DNA of 63,699 bases, filler included, from Choristocarpus tenellus KU-1152 (Eukaryota > Protista > Phaeophyceae), in NCBI GenBank assembly GCA_964200185.2. It is 10 parts of 10 records of this genome, joined end to end, with 100 filler letters (N's around TTAATTAATTAA, not from the genome) between each part and the next. Parts side by side here need not be neighbours in the genome. Positions count along the whole stretch, not along the records: positions 1 to 15,710 come from CAXNAD020000943.1; 9 more parts are not named here. The stretch is one strand, 5' to 3'. The notes beneath the pieces are model-generated. The model was not told the DNA's origin. It saw only the letters and a list, made by a program, of their open reading frames with translations, and ran no database searches. Shown here one piece after another: positions 1 through 11,746 of the stretch (position 1 is its first letter; every line of letters begins with the position of its first letter). A program made the position numbers and the translations under genes.

Positions 1-40
1 CCCCCCCACAACCCCCCCCCCCCCCCAGATACTTTGACCC
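1..40 (-). mobile_element. Terminus of G-run TIR element (family B) at contig start
   Basis: C-run followed by AGATACTTTGACCC, the reverse complement of GGGTCAAAGTATCT-G(n) seen at 18734, 31307, 44659, 47561 and 60623. Confidence 0.75.
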
Positions 41-769
41 ATCATCAGTTCCTAGTAATACCAAAGGCCAGAGGTGATCTTACTCAATTTCAGCTTTTCA
101 GCATGCGGGCCCATTTCTCCCAAGTATAAGATCTGAGCAAGTAAAACACCTACTACGGTCACATCAACTACAGATACAGCCGAGGAATCAGGTCCAAGAT
201 CTCAAGATAATGGTTCAATTGGATGGATTTGTTTGCTTCTGACATGCCAGAACTAGCTGGTGCCAGCAATAAACCATCGTTAATACGTGTGGAGGGTATG
301 TGGGAGGAGTGCAACAGTCAGAATTCAACCGTCCAAGGTTCCCACAACAATGTTGAGAACCAGATCTTCCATCATCCTGTCCTTGTGCTTGAAATATATC
401 GCTTGGACAACCGAGCAAGAGTGCTCCAGCACTAAACCTTCTCCTCGGTCAACCCTGTTCTATAGTAGAAGCCTGATCTGTAGCTGATAATTGACCGCAC
501 ACATACACAGAGCAAATGATCTGCGAAAGGCGAAATCGACACGATAATAGTTTTTTTCGAAAGTATAAAGATCAGGTAGGATCGCATCTGTTACGGAAAA
601 TCTCCCGCAATTATCGATTTTGAAAAACATAGTAAGTATGGTTGGAAGTTGGAAAAACGGGGGCAAACGAGAGGCTGGACGACACCATGAAGTTGGTTTG
701 AGTTTCCAAGATACCTGTCAAATATTGCCCAATTTGGAGTAAATGTTCAGCCCCCCAAAGTAGGCTGGA

Positions 770-1130
770 GGCACTCATAATGTTGTATAGTGAAATCTGC
801 TACTACTTGCACACATACTTGTAGCAGGTTGAATCATCCCATGAAGTATACAGTTGGCGACAAGGTATTCAGCAAATGGGAACCTGCCAATTGCATGCCC
901 TGTCATACAGAGACGCTCTTGTTATCAATAGGTGTGGGAGTATTGAGGCAACAATGTGCAAGTCGATATTTCTGTTTGCTGGGCCAGTTACATGGACGGG
1001 AGATAAGCGATTTCCTAAGGTGTTGATGTTTGGGGAGCTTGTGGCAGGAAGAAGGAAGCAAGGTGGTCAGGAGAAGAACAAATGGATATGCTTCAAAATG
1101 ACTTTAATAAGTTTGGGATTATGTGGTTGA
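770..1130 (+). mobile_element. RTE-clade LINE remnant (post-RT C-terminal region)
   Basis: Translation LSYRDAL...SIEATM...FAG...DKRFPKVLMFGELVAGRRKQGGQEK matches the RTE ORF2 C-terminal motif (RLPKxxxFGEL...GGQ); degenerate. Confidence 0.75.
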
Positions 1131-1944
1131 GGGTTACAGCCTCTCACCAGCAGGAGTGGGTTAAGTGTTCGGCTGACAGTACTACGAACTTCATGGTAGA
1201 ATGGCATTCCGATTAAAGCATCATAGCCGATGTATGTCATGCTAAAGCAACACGTATTGTTGCTCAAATCGCTAACACCGCCGCATCACTTTGACTGTTG
1301 AGTGCTGCTTTTCATTACCTTCTAGCTACTTCCAAAACAGGTATGTGTAAGGTGTATTGATAAACATACGAAAATAGATCAGGTCTTATTTATTTACTAT
1401 TTTTCTTACTTGCTAACCTTCAATTATGTGGAACTTTTCCACTAATCCCCTTGTTGACCTGTGTTCAGATAGTAGTGCACACTGTACTATTTCTATTATC
1501 TTACGAATTACCTGTTGCACTACAACTAACGGCACTGCCCATTATGTACCTTGTTCTTTTCATGGGTTTTGGGTTCATCATTCCCAGCAGTCGTTCGTAC
1601 CCGTCTCCTCTTTCGAATCTAGTGCGCACTCCCTCTGTCTACAATGTCTTCGTCGCCCCAATGTAGCTCTTTCTGTGGGTCTGTTTTTATGGTTTGTCAG
1701 AAGATGGTAAGATAAGGTATAGTGTATAACCAGTGTTTGTATTTTTATTTTATTATTATGCTTTGTGACATTTTGTAGATGTGGCAGGCGAAAAACTAGT
1801 GAAAACTTTTGATATGGCAGAAAAATTCCTAATGTAACAGTTATCATAAATGTGAAAAAAATGAATCTACTTGCTATTTTACTACCATTTATGTTTTACC
1901 ACTGCCTTCCTGTTGTGTCTCTAACCTACCTATTCCTGCACCCC

Positions 1945-2480
1945 AGGGTGAGGAGCTAGGGAAGCATCTCAAGAATCTAATAAGCCCCTCCTTGCCCATC
2001 TCCCTGGTGACTCCAGCTTAAAACGCATGACACGTCTAGACAGGGCCACCTGCGTTGCTACCGAAACTATTTGTTGTAGGCGGGATTTGACCGTCCTTTT
2101 CCTGCCATAGCCTCCAGTTCCTCTCCCCCCTACCACGTGCGTAGCTAGCTCATCCAGGAAACGTTCCGCTTGCTTGCCGAGGCGCCCAAAACGTTCCACC
2201 GCGAAGGTGTTGGGGTTAGCTGTGAGGGTCAAAAGAGTCCTCGTATTGGGTGCGCTTTCGCACCTCACCTACACAACAGCAGCAGGTACACCATCACTGG
2301 TGGATGAGTGTGGGAGGTGGGAGGTTGCCTGTACTTTCGCGAACGTAACATCGAGTAGAAGACCTTTGTCGCGGTAGGGGGCTGATCCTGTGTCTGCGAG
2401 TGCCCCTGCATGGAAGACTAGATCCATGCGGAAATTTCTGTCTAAAGTGAAAGGCTACCATCCTCTGTAGTGGAATCCCC
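1945..2480 (-). mobile_element. RLE-type (CRE-like) non-LTR retrotransposon 3' remnant
   Basis: LLLDVT followed by FAVERFGRLGKQAERFLDELA, typical restriction-like endonuclease motifs; homologous copy at ~55225-55455 (+). Confidence 0.7.
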
Positions 2481-2874
2481 TTTTTCATTTTTATTATTTT
2501 GCTTTGTGATATTCTGTATTTCAATTTACGAATAGGTTAACAATAACAACACCAGAGAAATATCGAAAAGTATCATGGTGATACCGGTTTTATGTTGGGT
2601 GAAGTAGACACATATTGTTGTACACTTACACTTAGACAACAATCATCAGAATAGGTGAAAATAGGGTAGAGGTTATTGCTGTACAAGGTGGCATTGACTA
2701 ACCGTGAGAAGGGGTAGACATTCGTTGAGTGGACATCGATCTGTCGATCTCTGAATCGCTATCATTATCACAAGGATAAGAACATCAAGGGACAGGACTG
2801 GACCCTGGGGAACCTGTGTCACATCCGTTGGATTAGGACATAAGATACCACTAGTACCATACACTGGACTGACG

Positions 2875-4107
2875 ATGGAGCCAGTGGGACAGATGGCAAT
2901 GTCCGGAAATAGTGAGGGGAAGATAGGGTTGAGTGGAGAGTCTGGGGTTACCAGCCCATTTCGCAAGCGTCCACGAATGACCCCAGCGAAGGTGCTGAAG
3001 AGAGATCGAGAACGGGACCTACGAGATTTTCTCCTCCAAGTGAATAACTACGCCCCTACTCTGCCAGTTGAGGTCACGAGGTTTCATTTAGAGAGGGCGG
3101 GAGCACAGGCCAAGAAAGACCAGCTGTAAGTTCTTGAGCAATCCTTTCCTCGCTTTAGAGTCGAAACACATGGCAAGGTGGGGCAAGGTGTGTTAGATGT
3201 GACAGGGCATGTTTTTGCGATACATTGGGTCCATTATCGCGATCCGACACCAGCCTTGCAGGCGCTTCAACTGTTATCGCATGGGTCAGCAGCTTTTGTT
3301 GTTCGTCTTGACCGCATGGAACACACCATGTGGAGGTAAAGCCTGCACATACTTAAGTGGTCTCAGTGACTTCAAATAGCATTTTTTGTCGTCGCTTATC
3401 CCTTTTCCCCTTGGGTACCCCCGTACCAATGACAATGCAATTGATCCTGCTGTTTTTGGTAAGACCAGGTATTTCATTCCGACAGGATTGACTCTCAACC
3501 TCTTACCCATGCGACAGGGTGAAGCTGGTGTCACTGGCCGCAGATAGACTGGCGGCGACCATTATCCTTGACTGCTCCCGTTATCGGGACCTGCGACTAA
3601 AGGGAGGTGACTCTAGGGTGCACATGGAGGACACCACCGAGCAAGTGACCCTGACCAAGGCAGACCTGGCACTGAGGTGAGATTAGTGGGAGAAAATGTT
3701 GTGTTGGGTACAACGAATTGACAATCTTTGGCGTTTTTGGAGTAAGGTTGAAGGCTCGAGTCACAAAATATATGATGCCTTTATTGATACGTGGGATCCG
3801 AGGGCAGCAGTACTTTTCTTAGAGATAGTGCGGGGTTTGTCGTCCAATGTATACTCTATCGAGTAGGAAGTTTTCCCAAGTTATAGATGTAACCAATACA
3901 AGCCCAGCTGTGGTCTTCACTTGTGTGTCTTAGGATATTCAGTCATGGTGTTGATCCTCAACCATTCCCTTCCCTTATTCCCCATCCTGTCGGGAAACAC
4001 TACCCAGTCTTGAGGAGCGAGGTATCACCCTCTTCAGTAGCGAGCTGCTAGTGTCCCAAGCGGGACCAGGTGCAGTGGTCATGGATGGAAATGGTGATGC
4101 GGCATGA
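2875..4107 (+). CDS. TAF10: TFIID subunit 10, 3 exons (2875-3125, 3518-3676, 4008-4107)
   Basis: Phase-compatible GT-AG introns give FLLQVNNYAPTLPVEVTRFHLERAG..L/VKLVSLAADRLAATII..VTLTKADLALS/LEERGI, the TAF10 histone-fold signature; ATG to TGA complete. Confidence 0.88.
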
Positions 4108-4989
4108 TGCAGAAAGCACAGGGGCAGTAGGTGGAACAAGCAATGGAGGTAGCAACTTGTCATGTCGATGAAGGCGGGGGGATTGGCAACAGTAGATCAG
4201 AGGAAAAAGTGCCGGTTGATAAGATTTGCCCTGTACTGTAAATCAGAAACATGGTACCTGAAAGCATTGATTAAATCTAGATGTATATCCTGATACAATA
4301 AGGGGAATACCTCCATATTTTACCTTGAAGCAAGTGGATGTTGTCCTAATTTGGTGGACGTTGCTGAGGCTGATTTTGGGGGAATGGAATACAATTTAAT
4401 TTCCAGAAACACTTGCATTCTGGGGAGGGGGGAATCATAGTTTTGAAAAATAATATTCTGAGTGTTCTTATGCCAATAATATTTTCCCTGTTGATGGAAT
4501 GAGTGTTATAAACATATCTACTATACTGCTGCAAGGACCTAGGTTGTATTTTCTGTATATTCTGTAGGCAAGATGAGTCAACACTAACAGGTCGGAGTTT
4601 CTCTGCACATGTTGCTCCACGTGTTATCTCACCCCCCTTCTATTGTACTATGTAAGATGCGGTACCCCCTTTCCTTTGAGCACGTGCAGGGTTATATATG
4701 CACATGTTAGGGGGCATGCTTTGAAGCAGTAGTCTTTTTTGAGTACAAAAACCGTTGTAACACTCAATTGGTACTGACCATGTTTGTTAAATTTGGTTAC
4801 ATGCCAATGTTGGATACCGGTACTTGATCTCAGCTTAACCTGGGCTCCACCAGAAGCAGGGATCTGCCTATTGATCAATTGTGCCAAAAAATTGGGGCCA
4901 TTCTTTTACTGTTGTAGTGATGGCGGCTATTTGAATGTTGTCATTCTGTTGTGTTGAGAATCACTAACGATCCAATTGTGTCGACTTCT

Positions 4990-5600
4990 TTAATCGAAGA
5001 ACGATCATTGCAATATTGCAACATAGTTTTCCCGATGGCTCATTTGTATCATTTCATCTATGCACACTGTGCGATTTGCTGGAATCTTCCTTCATGGCAC
5101 TCAGCGCTTTCCATTGCCACCTTGCAACGGCACTTCACATGCTTTGCCTTGTGTGCACTCACTCTTTGGCGCAAGCTTATTAATGTCACTTGCGAATCTT
5201 CATGATTCACAACACTATAATTTATGTATACTTTTGTGTGAGCCTGCTTCTGTACGATTTTTTGCTTGGAGCTTCCATCGTGGTCTGGCTCGCAGAGGGG
5301 GCTGTTGGGCTCGCATCAATCCACAGACCAGAGCCCCAGTATTGAGGTACTTCACTGAATTTGTTGAAAGGGGTTTTACCGTTTGTCTGCAAAATAATCG
5401 TAACACTCAATAATTTTTTCAAGTTTGTGACAATGGAGCGGTAGAAAAGACTCCAACATCTCCTTTTCATGTACTCTCTTCTCATAGGAATTGCTGCTCA
5501 ACTGAAGTTAGGAAGTAGCAGAGTATCTTTTAGAATGTCCTTGGCCTCTGGAGTGTACTTGTTTCTCAACATATTGGGCAGACAGCCCCACCAAAGGATC
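4990..5600 (-). mobile_element. Degenerate Copia-like RT/RNase H remnant
   Basis: Frameshifted motifs ..SQTTMEA.. and EDSQ...SAHKAKHV resemble Copia RNase H STxEAE, DNQ and KHIDxR. Confidence 0.4.
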
Positions 5601-6199
5601 CTTCATGTGACCTGCCAAAGGACAGAATGCTTGCCCTCTCATATTGACCTGTTCTGTCAGTCACCAGGTGATGCCTGGAAACAATCACTTGTTGATATGT
5701 GTTACTAGGGAAAACAAGTTGCAAAACCCGAAGAGAGGCGGTTGGAAATTCTTGGAAATTCCACGCAATTGTTGTAAACCTGACTGTAAGAGTTGTTTGC
5801 CAACCCCATCATACCTTGAAGTTATAATGTTCGCACCAAGATTTTGTCCACTGTTGTTCCTTTGAGATCTTGACACTCCCCACCATGTCGTATGTTGTAG
5901 GTGAGTTGATAGTAAATGAAACCATGAAATCAATCTTCTTCTGGGTCATCTACTAGTAGTATATTGAAGCACCTGTGCAATATCATTGACTAATGATACC
6001 TATACCTCAATACCGATCGACTCTTGAGTAACGAATGCATGTTGCCTGTTGCATACGCTTTGTTACTAAGTCATGATAGAGTCCAGTCCATCTACTTGAT
6101 AGCCCTAACCCTGGACAAGACGTAATTGATTCGTGAGGTTGGGCAGTGAGAAAGAGAAAGAGAAAGACACGGCAGTTGGTGCACATCTGCTTCATTCAA

Positions 6200-6900
6200 T
6201 ACCAGCAGAAATAGCTCTATTTGTGCTTGGACTTCCTTTCTTATCTGCTGAACTAGTACATAATCCATGTTGTAATTCAAGAATATAACCCTAACCCTTT
6301 TTTGTGGAACCAATGGCGTCATGTGTTCGGTTCAACAGTTCCCATGCCTTCTATCAAATATCTTCAAGTACCTTACTTTGCAAACAACATGCTAACTTTA
6401 TTTTTCTGTCCATGTGCTAATTGATATACCATGTTGTCCAACAATATATCATCACAATCAACACAAACTGTACTGGTCCAGTTCAGTACATACCTTGCAT
6501 GACCAATACTTCCAATCCCAGGTCCCTTTTTGTGGCTTTCACCCTCACTTTAAAAAAAAAGTACTCATGCCATACCATGTGGACAGAGCAATGTTTGTGC
6601 ACAACTGTTTGTGCACAACTCAGTGTGCCCTCAGAACACAGTGCCTAGTTGTACAGTGGAGGTGTCATATGAACTGCTTCCTCGTTCAGGTTCTGAGACA
6701 TGTTTGGGGTCTGTTTAATGAATGAAGTCTGACTGGGAGTCCACGAAGATTGGTTGAATAGCACCTGTGGGCTATAGTAGCTTTTTGTATATCCAATCAG
6801 ACATGCAGCAGTCACTCCAGTCTGGGTGGTATTGCCTGAAGTCACACCCTCAATTGTTGCAGTCAACAGCAAAGTCTTCCAGGCTCACAGAGGGGCAGAA
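6200..6900 (-). mobile_element. Highly degenerate Gypsy-like pol remnant
   Basis: H..H..W..CKVC spacing and PLVP...MDY resemble the integrase zinc-binding region and rve start; many stops. Confidence 0.3.
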
Positions 6901-7223
6901 GACAATGCTATTGTAACATTAAAGGAAACAGAGGGGGGTGGGGTTGGGGGTGGGGGTTGTGATCCTTTTATTGTACTTTTGATAACCGAGCTTAACTCAG
7001 GAGTTGAACAAATGAAAGGTATTACTTACTGATTCTCAAGACTTGTATGAAAGTAACCTTAGGCCATAATACCACTGAAACTCCACACATTTTTGGTGTA
7101 AGTTGGTCGACTTCAAGGTACTTGTTCTCATTCTTGTACCAAACGCTTTTCAAGCACTGCCTCACTTTTTGAGGGATGTTACATTCTACGTTTCACAATA
7201 TATTTTTGTGATAGAATCTTCAC

Positions 7224-10200
7224 CTGTCCTCTTCGTAGCTTGAGATATCCGTGAGAAATGCCTTTGCTCCTTTGCAGGACAACCAGCATGCTCGACATTC
7301 CTGACCTATCCCAAAAATGTTGCACATCAAGGGAGCACCTATTCCAGGGGTCACGCAGTCCTGCTCTACATAGACTCCTTGATCATAAAGCGCCATATAC
7401 CTTTGGGTGCAGGAGATGAAGGTGTGGGGTAGTGTACTAAAGGTAAGACACATGGAGAATTGGCAGTGAAAGGAACTGATATGTGCAGATATTATCTATG
7501 CCTTGTTCAGTGTTGTCTTAAGACCTATTCCCCACCAATAGTTCTAGGTCCAGGCATCCCACTTGAGATGTTCAAGCCGTATCCTGTGCTACTTACTCAT
7601 AGTCTTCATCTGTCAGTCTGTCCCAGCAGGCTGAGGACGTTGGGGGCAATGTCTCTTCTCCTTGGGATGTATTAATGGGAGGTTGAGATGGGCTTGGTGT
7701 ATTTGAGGGTAGGCAGTGCCCATTTGAGCATGACCGCTTGTGGCAACAATCCCTGTCAATGGTGCACCCTGTAAAGCCAACCTCAGCAAAGCAGCATCTG
7801 AGAGAGTGGGTGGGAGGGGACCAAAATGGCAGCAGCATGAGGTCACTCCATCATGTTTTGCTTTTGGGACAGAGGAATCCTTGAAAGCCAACAATAGTTG
7901 ATGCGTCTTTTGAATTGACTTTGATCACACTCATTTGTAATCTGGGTTTCGCTAGCAGCCCCTCCTAGGGTGGATCTTGTTCAACACAGTGCTCCATCAA
8001 GAACGGTAGCAGTCTTAAGTCAAAATGGTAGTGTTGTGTAAAGAAAGGAATTGGGACTACAAGAAAATTGGCTCGAGAGCAAAAAAGTACATTATAAGCC
8101 AAATTGACCTGTCAGTGCACAATGCAAAAATTCTACAAACCTCTGTAAGTCTCAGCAGCCAGATCCGATGTCATGAACAGTGAAGTGTGTAGTGAGTTAG
8201 GGTTAGGGGTAGTGATGTCACTCACACCTTGTATTGGGTATGTGGCGGTTCTTCTGTGACCTTGGGTAAAGTTAATTAGTCACATTTCTGATTGAATTGC
8301 AAAAAAAAAAAACCCTGAAAAATCAGCGTGTTTTTCGATCAATCAAACCAAACCCGGTTGAACTGCCACGATTTACAAGACTACAAAATTGGCATCCAAA
8401 ATTGATGTCCTTGATGCAGGATATGTTGGGACGTAGAGAGTCAAAGCAATTGAGAGGTAACAAGAGTTGGATTTTAAGGATACTGATAAATGTATGCAAA
8501 ATCGGCTTTAAAAAAATTAAATCGTGTCGGAATTTTTTCTGAGAAATAAGCACCCTTGCTTGAGTCAAACTTAGAGCTTCATTCTTATAGATATGGGTGA
8601 ATTACAGCAGATCACAAACCTAGAACACAAAACGGCCAAAACCTGGGTGTCTCTTGTTTTGTTTGAGTAATAAATGTCATAAATGTATGCCAGTTTTTAC
8701 GCAGCACATACCTCCCATTCTTCTTACAGACGGCGCCATCATCACAGCATCCACTAGTCATTGTTGAGTTGCAATCGCCGTGTATCTCTGGGAAACCTCC
8801 TGTGATGACACACATTTCGGGTGGTGCTTGGGATGGAGCCACGCTTGTAGTTGGAGTCAGAAAAATGACAGGGTCTGGAGTTGGCTGGGCTGAAGGTGGA
8901 ATAGGTGTAGGGCTCAACATGAGCACAGGTGCAGCGGTGGCAGCTTTGGTGGGCGCCGGAGTCAAGACCAGGGTTGGTGATGGAGTTGAGATTGCGGGTA
9001 TATTTGAAAACCCTTGAGGGTTGTCTTCCGCCCTCTCACAAATATATTGCTTGTTGACCTAATGATACATGGATGGCAGGGATATTTCTGTGTCAATTTT
9101 GGTGTGGTTGGGATATGTTTGATTTGGGGGCAAGCCAAGGAAATAGATGTCCAAACATTGCATGAAGGTCTTCTTTGGATAGGTTACAATGGGAGGGTTG
9201 ACAAAGCAACTGTGTATTATCGCCCTTGAGATAATGTTTCCGTTTTTATTTATTTCCTGCAGGATTGCTGACTGCTGTTTGCTCTGATTCTCATGCACCA
9301 CTCTGATCATTTCCTGAACTGCTTTATCGATATAGGTGGGTGAGGTCAATTCTTTGGGCAGGGTCAAATGGTAGTATTAGTAAGAGGTTAACAGTGTGTT
9401 GCTTATTAATCTGTATTGGCCAGTGAGAGTGATGGTGATGATGCAATAGGGGGGGGGAAGTGCTCTTATTTGTAGAACATGCACATTTTCTTCAAAATAT
9501 ATATTTGCCAACAGATAGTCGGAAGAAATATTTGCAAAGAAGCCTGTATGGCTAATGTTAAGCGTGTGGGTTTTCATTTTCATAGCTAAATATGCATCTT
9601 CTGTCACCCTAGAAAAAGAGTCCAGGAAGTATCATGGCGAAGTTTTAGACATAAGCAGGTTCGCACTCATCTACAGATAGATAGCATATGCTCATTCTAT
9701 TTTCTATCCATGTATGGAAGTACAGGACAATGAGAGGTACATCAAAATATAGTGATCGCACCTTTCCATATTCACACTCTCCTTTCCATTTGTTTGTATG
9801 CCCTTTACTCTATCGCTTCCTGTTGTAGAAAGACTCACTCTTCTCTATCATTATATAATATTGCTACAATGTTGCACCATCCCTTTTTGAATAACATGCA
9901 AGAATGAACGGTAATGGTGTAAGAAGTATTCGGTCAGCACAAGGTGGCTACTTCTTTTAAGTAATAATATATACCTCGCATGAAAAAGGTTTCCATGACT
10001 TAGGCTTGTATGGGGAGATCTCCAAACAAGATGCTCCGATGCCATATGCTGAGTTGACATTGAAACCTTCACCCCAGTCTTGGAAACTATCTACTTCATC
10101 GAACAATCCAGGAGGGAAGCTCTGCAATGTGTTGGCCCACCTCCATGAATCTGTGTCTGACATCTTTCTCAAGCCTGGCATGCGGGTTGGGGGCATTAGG

Positions 10201-11410
10201 AAGGACACATATGAGGAAGAGTTTACTTTAAATTATAATGATCTTTCAATTTCTCTTCCCCATTAGTCAGTTAGTTGGACTGTCAATCATTTACTATTAC
10301 TGATGTCAAACTTTCGATTCCGTCAGTATATAAATTCTAATGTTGTCCTTGTCCCAAGACTACACCATAGTTTCTCGTGAGAGTGAATGCATTACGCCCT
10401 ATTGCAAGTACAGCGTCGTATGTGAAATAAAAAAGGTAGCATCAATCCGGAAGGGCTCATTCCCTGTAAGGTGTATTTTCGATAAGAAGTCGTTGGCCTA
10501 ACCCTTACCTGTGTATACCTCCCCATAGAACCCTATCCAGAGCAGATTGTGAACAATAAACTCGTACTCTGCAAGCGTCTCCAAGCTAACCAGTCTTGCG
10601 CGCATTTTGTTGCATCTGCCCATTAGTTGTCAGAGCAATATTGGGCGAGAGTTTCAAGCGAAGCTTAGTCCTCTGGAGAAAAGTGGTTATAGGCATCGTC
10701 ACACTGGGTACTTGAACATCTCCAGACACTACGAGTTTCAGACTTTAGTGTCAACAGTAGCAGATATCCTGCTTCGTATTGTGTACCTATAGTTAGCATC
10801 CTCCCAACTAGTCGACAACTCATTGTAGGGGCTCTTGAAGTAGCAGCTCCCTTCAAAATGTACCCATCCATCTTCGCATAATGGTGATGTGATGTCGCCA
10901 AGGGTCACTATGTCATCTGTTCCCGAGTCTCCCATCTCTGATGCGTACAAAGAAGCAACGTCCGATGGACAAACATCCAGCGCCGAGGAGAATAGCTCAC
11001 TGAAAACAGACTCTTCCCAAACAGGAGAATTATAAACTGCCGAAGAACTCAATATGCATGTCTGACAGCCCTGTTGGTTTTTGTCCTCTGCGTTCCAGCA
11101 TCCTCCCTTGTAAGAATCTGTTGAGAGGGTGATACAACCGCTGAAGAATGCTCCCTTTCCACGCCGTCGTTCTTCCACTGGCACCTTTTTTGCGCATTCA
11201 GGAGTTGATAGTGCATCAATGCTACCTGGGACGACGTGTGGGAAGAGTCAGACATGCAATACTCTTGTCAGGGTGGGATCTGATCCAGAACGGGATGGTT
11301 TGCCTTGATACAATCGAGATCCAGATTACAGAGACTTCCCTCGTACCAAAGACCAAGGCGTGGAGGGTTGAAATCAGTGTGATTCGCGAGACCGTCCTGG
11401 AATATGCCAT
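7224..11410 (-). CDS. Secreted C-type lectin domain protein with Pro/Thr-rich linker and Cys-rich modules; exons 11410-11347, 11225-10787, 10615-10509, 10174-9975, 9058-8712, 7400-7224 (last exon possibly 6110-6092)
   Basis: Six phase-compatible GT-AG exons; CEDGWVHFEGSCYF..SWEDA..C...LVSLE...YTGLRK..WRW..C...WKPFSCE..YICE is the CTL fold pattern; hydrophobic N-terminus. Confidence 0.82.
8520..8655 (+). repeat. Dispersed repeat, second copy at ~38865-39000
   Basis: Shared GAGAAATAA..AGTCAAACTTAGA..ATATGGGTGA..AAACCTGGGT. Confidence 0.55.
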
Positions 11411-11746
11411 GGGTTGAGAATCAAGATTAGATTTTGTCTGTGTGTTTGTGTGGAGGATGGTGGGGGAATGAACTTGTATCTTTGAACTGTGATCAAATAG
11501 AGATCTATACGTTACAAATATGAATACGTAAAATAAGTCAGCAATATCCCTCCGATGTGCTTAGAAACCCCATTTTTTCCCCTTACACTCCCTTCTCATA
11601 GTCATCGTGGGGAGATCAAGCACACAAATGCCTCACCCCCTGGCACGGGATGAAACGTGTACAACCTTGGATCCCTTGGTTGTAGTCGTGAAGCCTTACG
11701 AGCTTGGAAAGTGAAAAAACAGACTTGAATATCAATTTGGCGGTGC

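Noticed and set aside
215-487. Short ORFs near the window start
   Set aside because: No recognisable domain; probably decayed retroelement sequence
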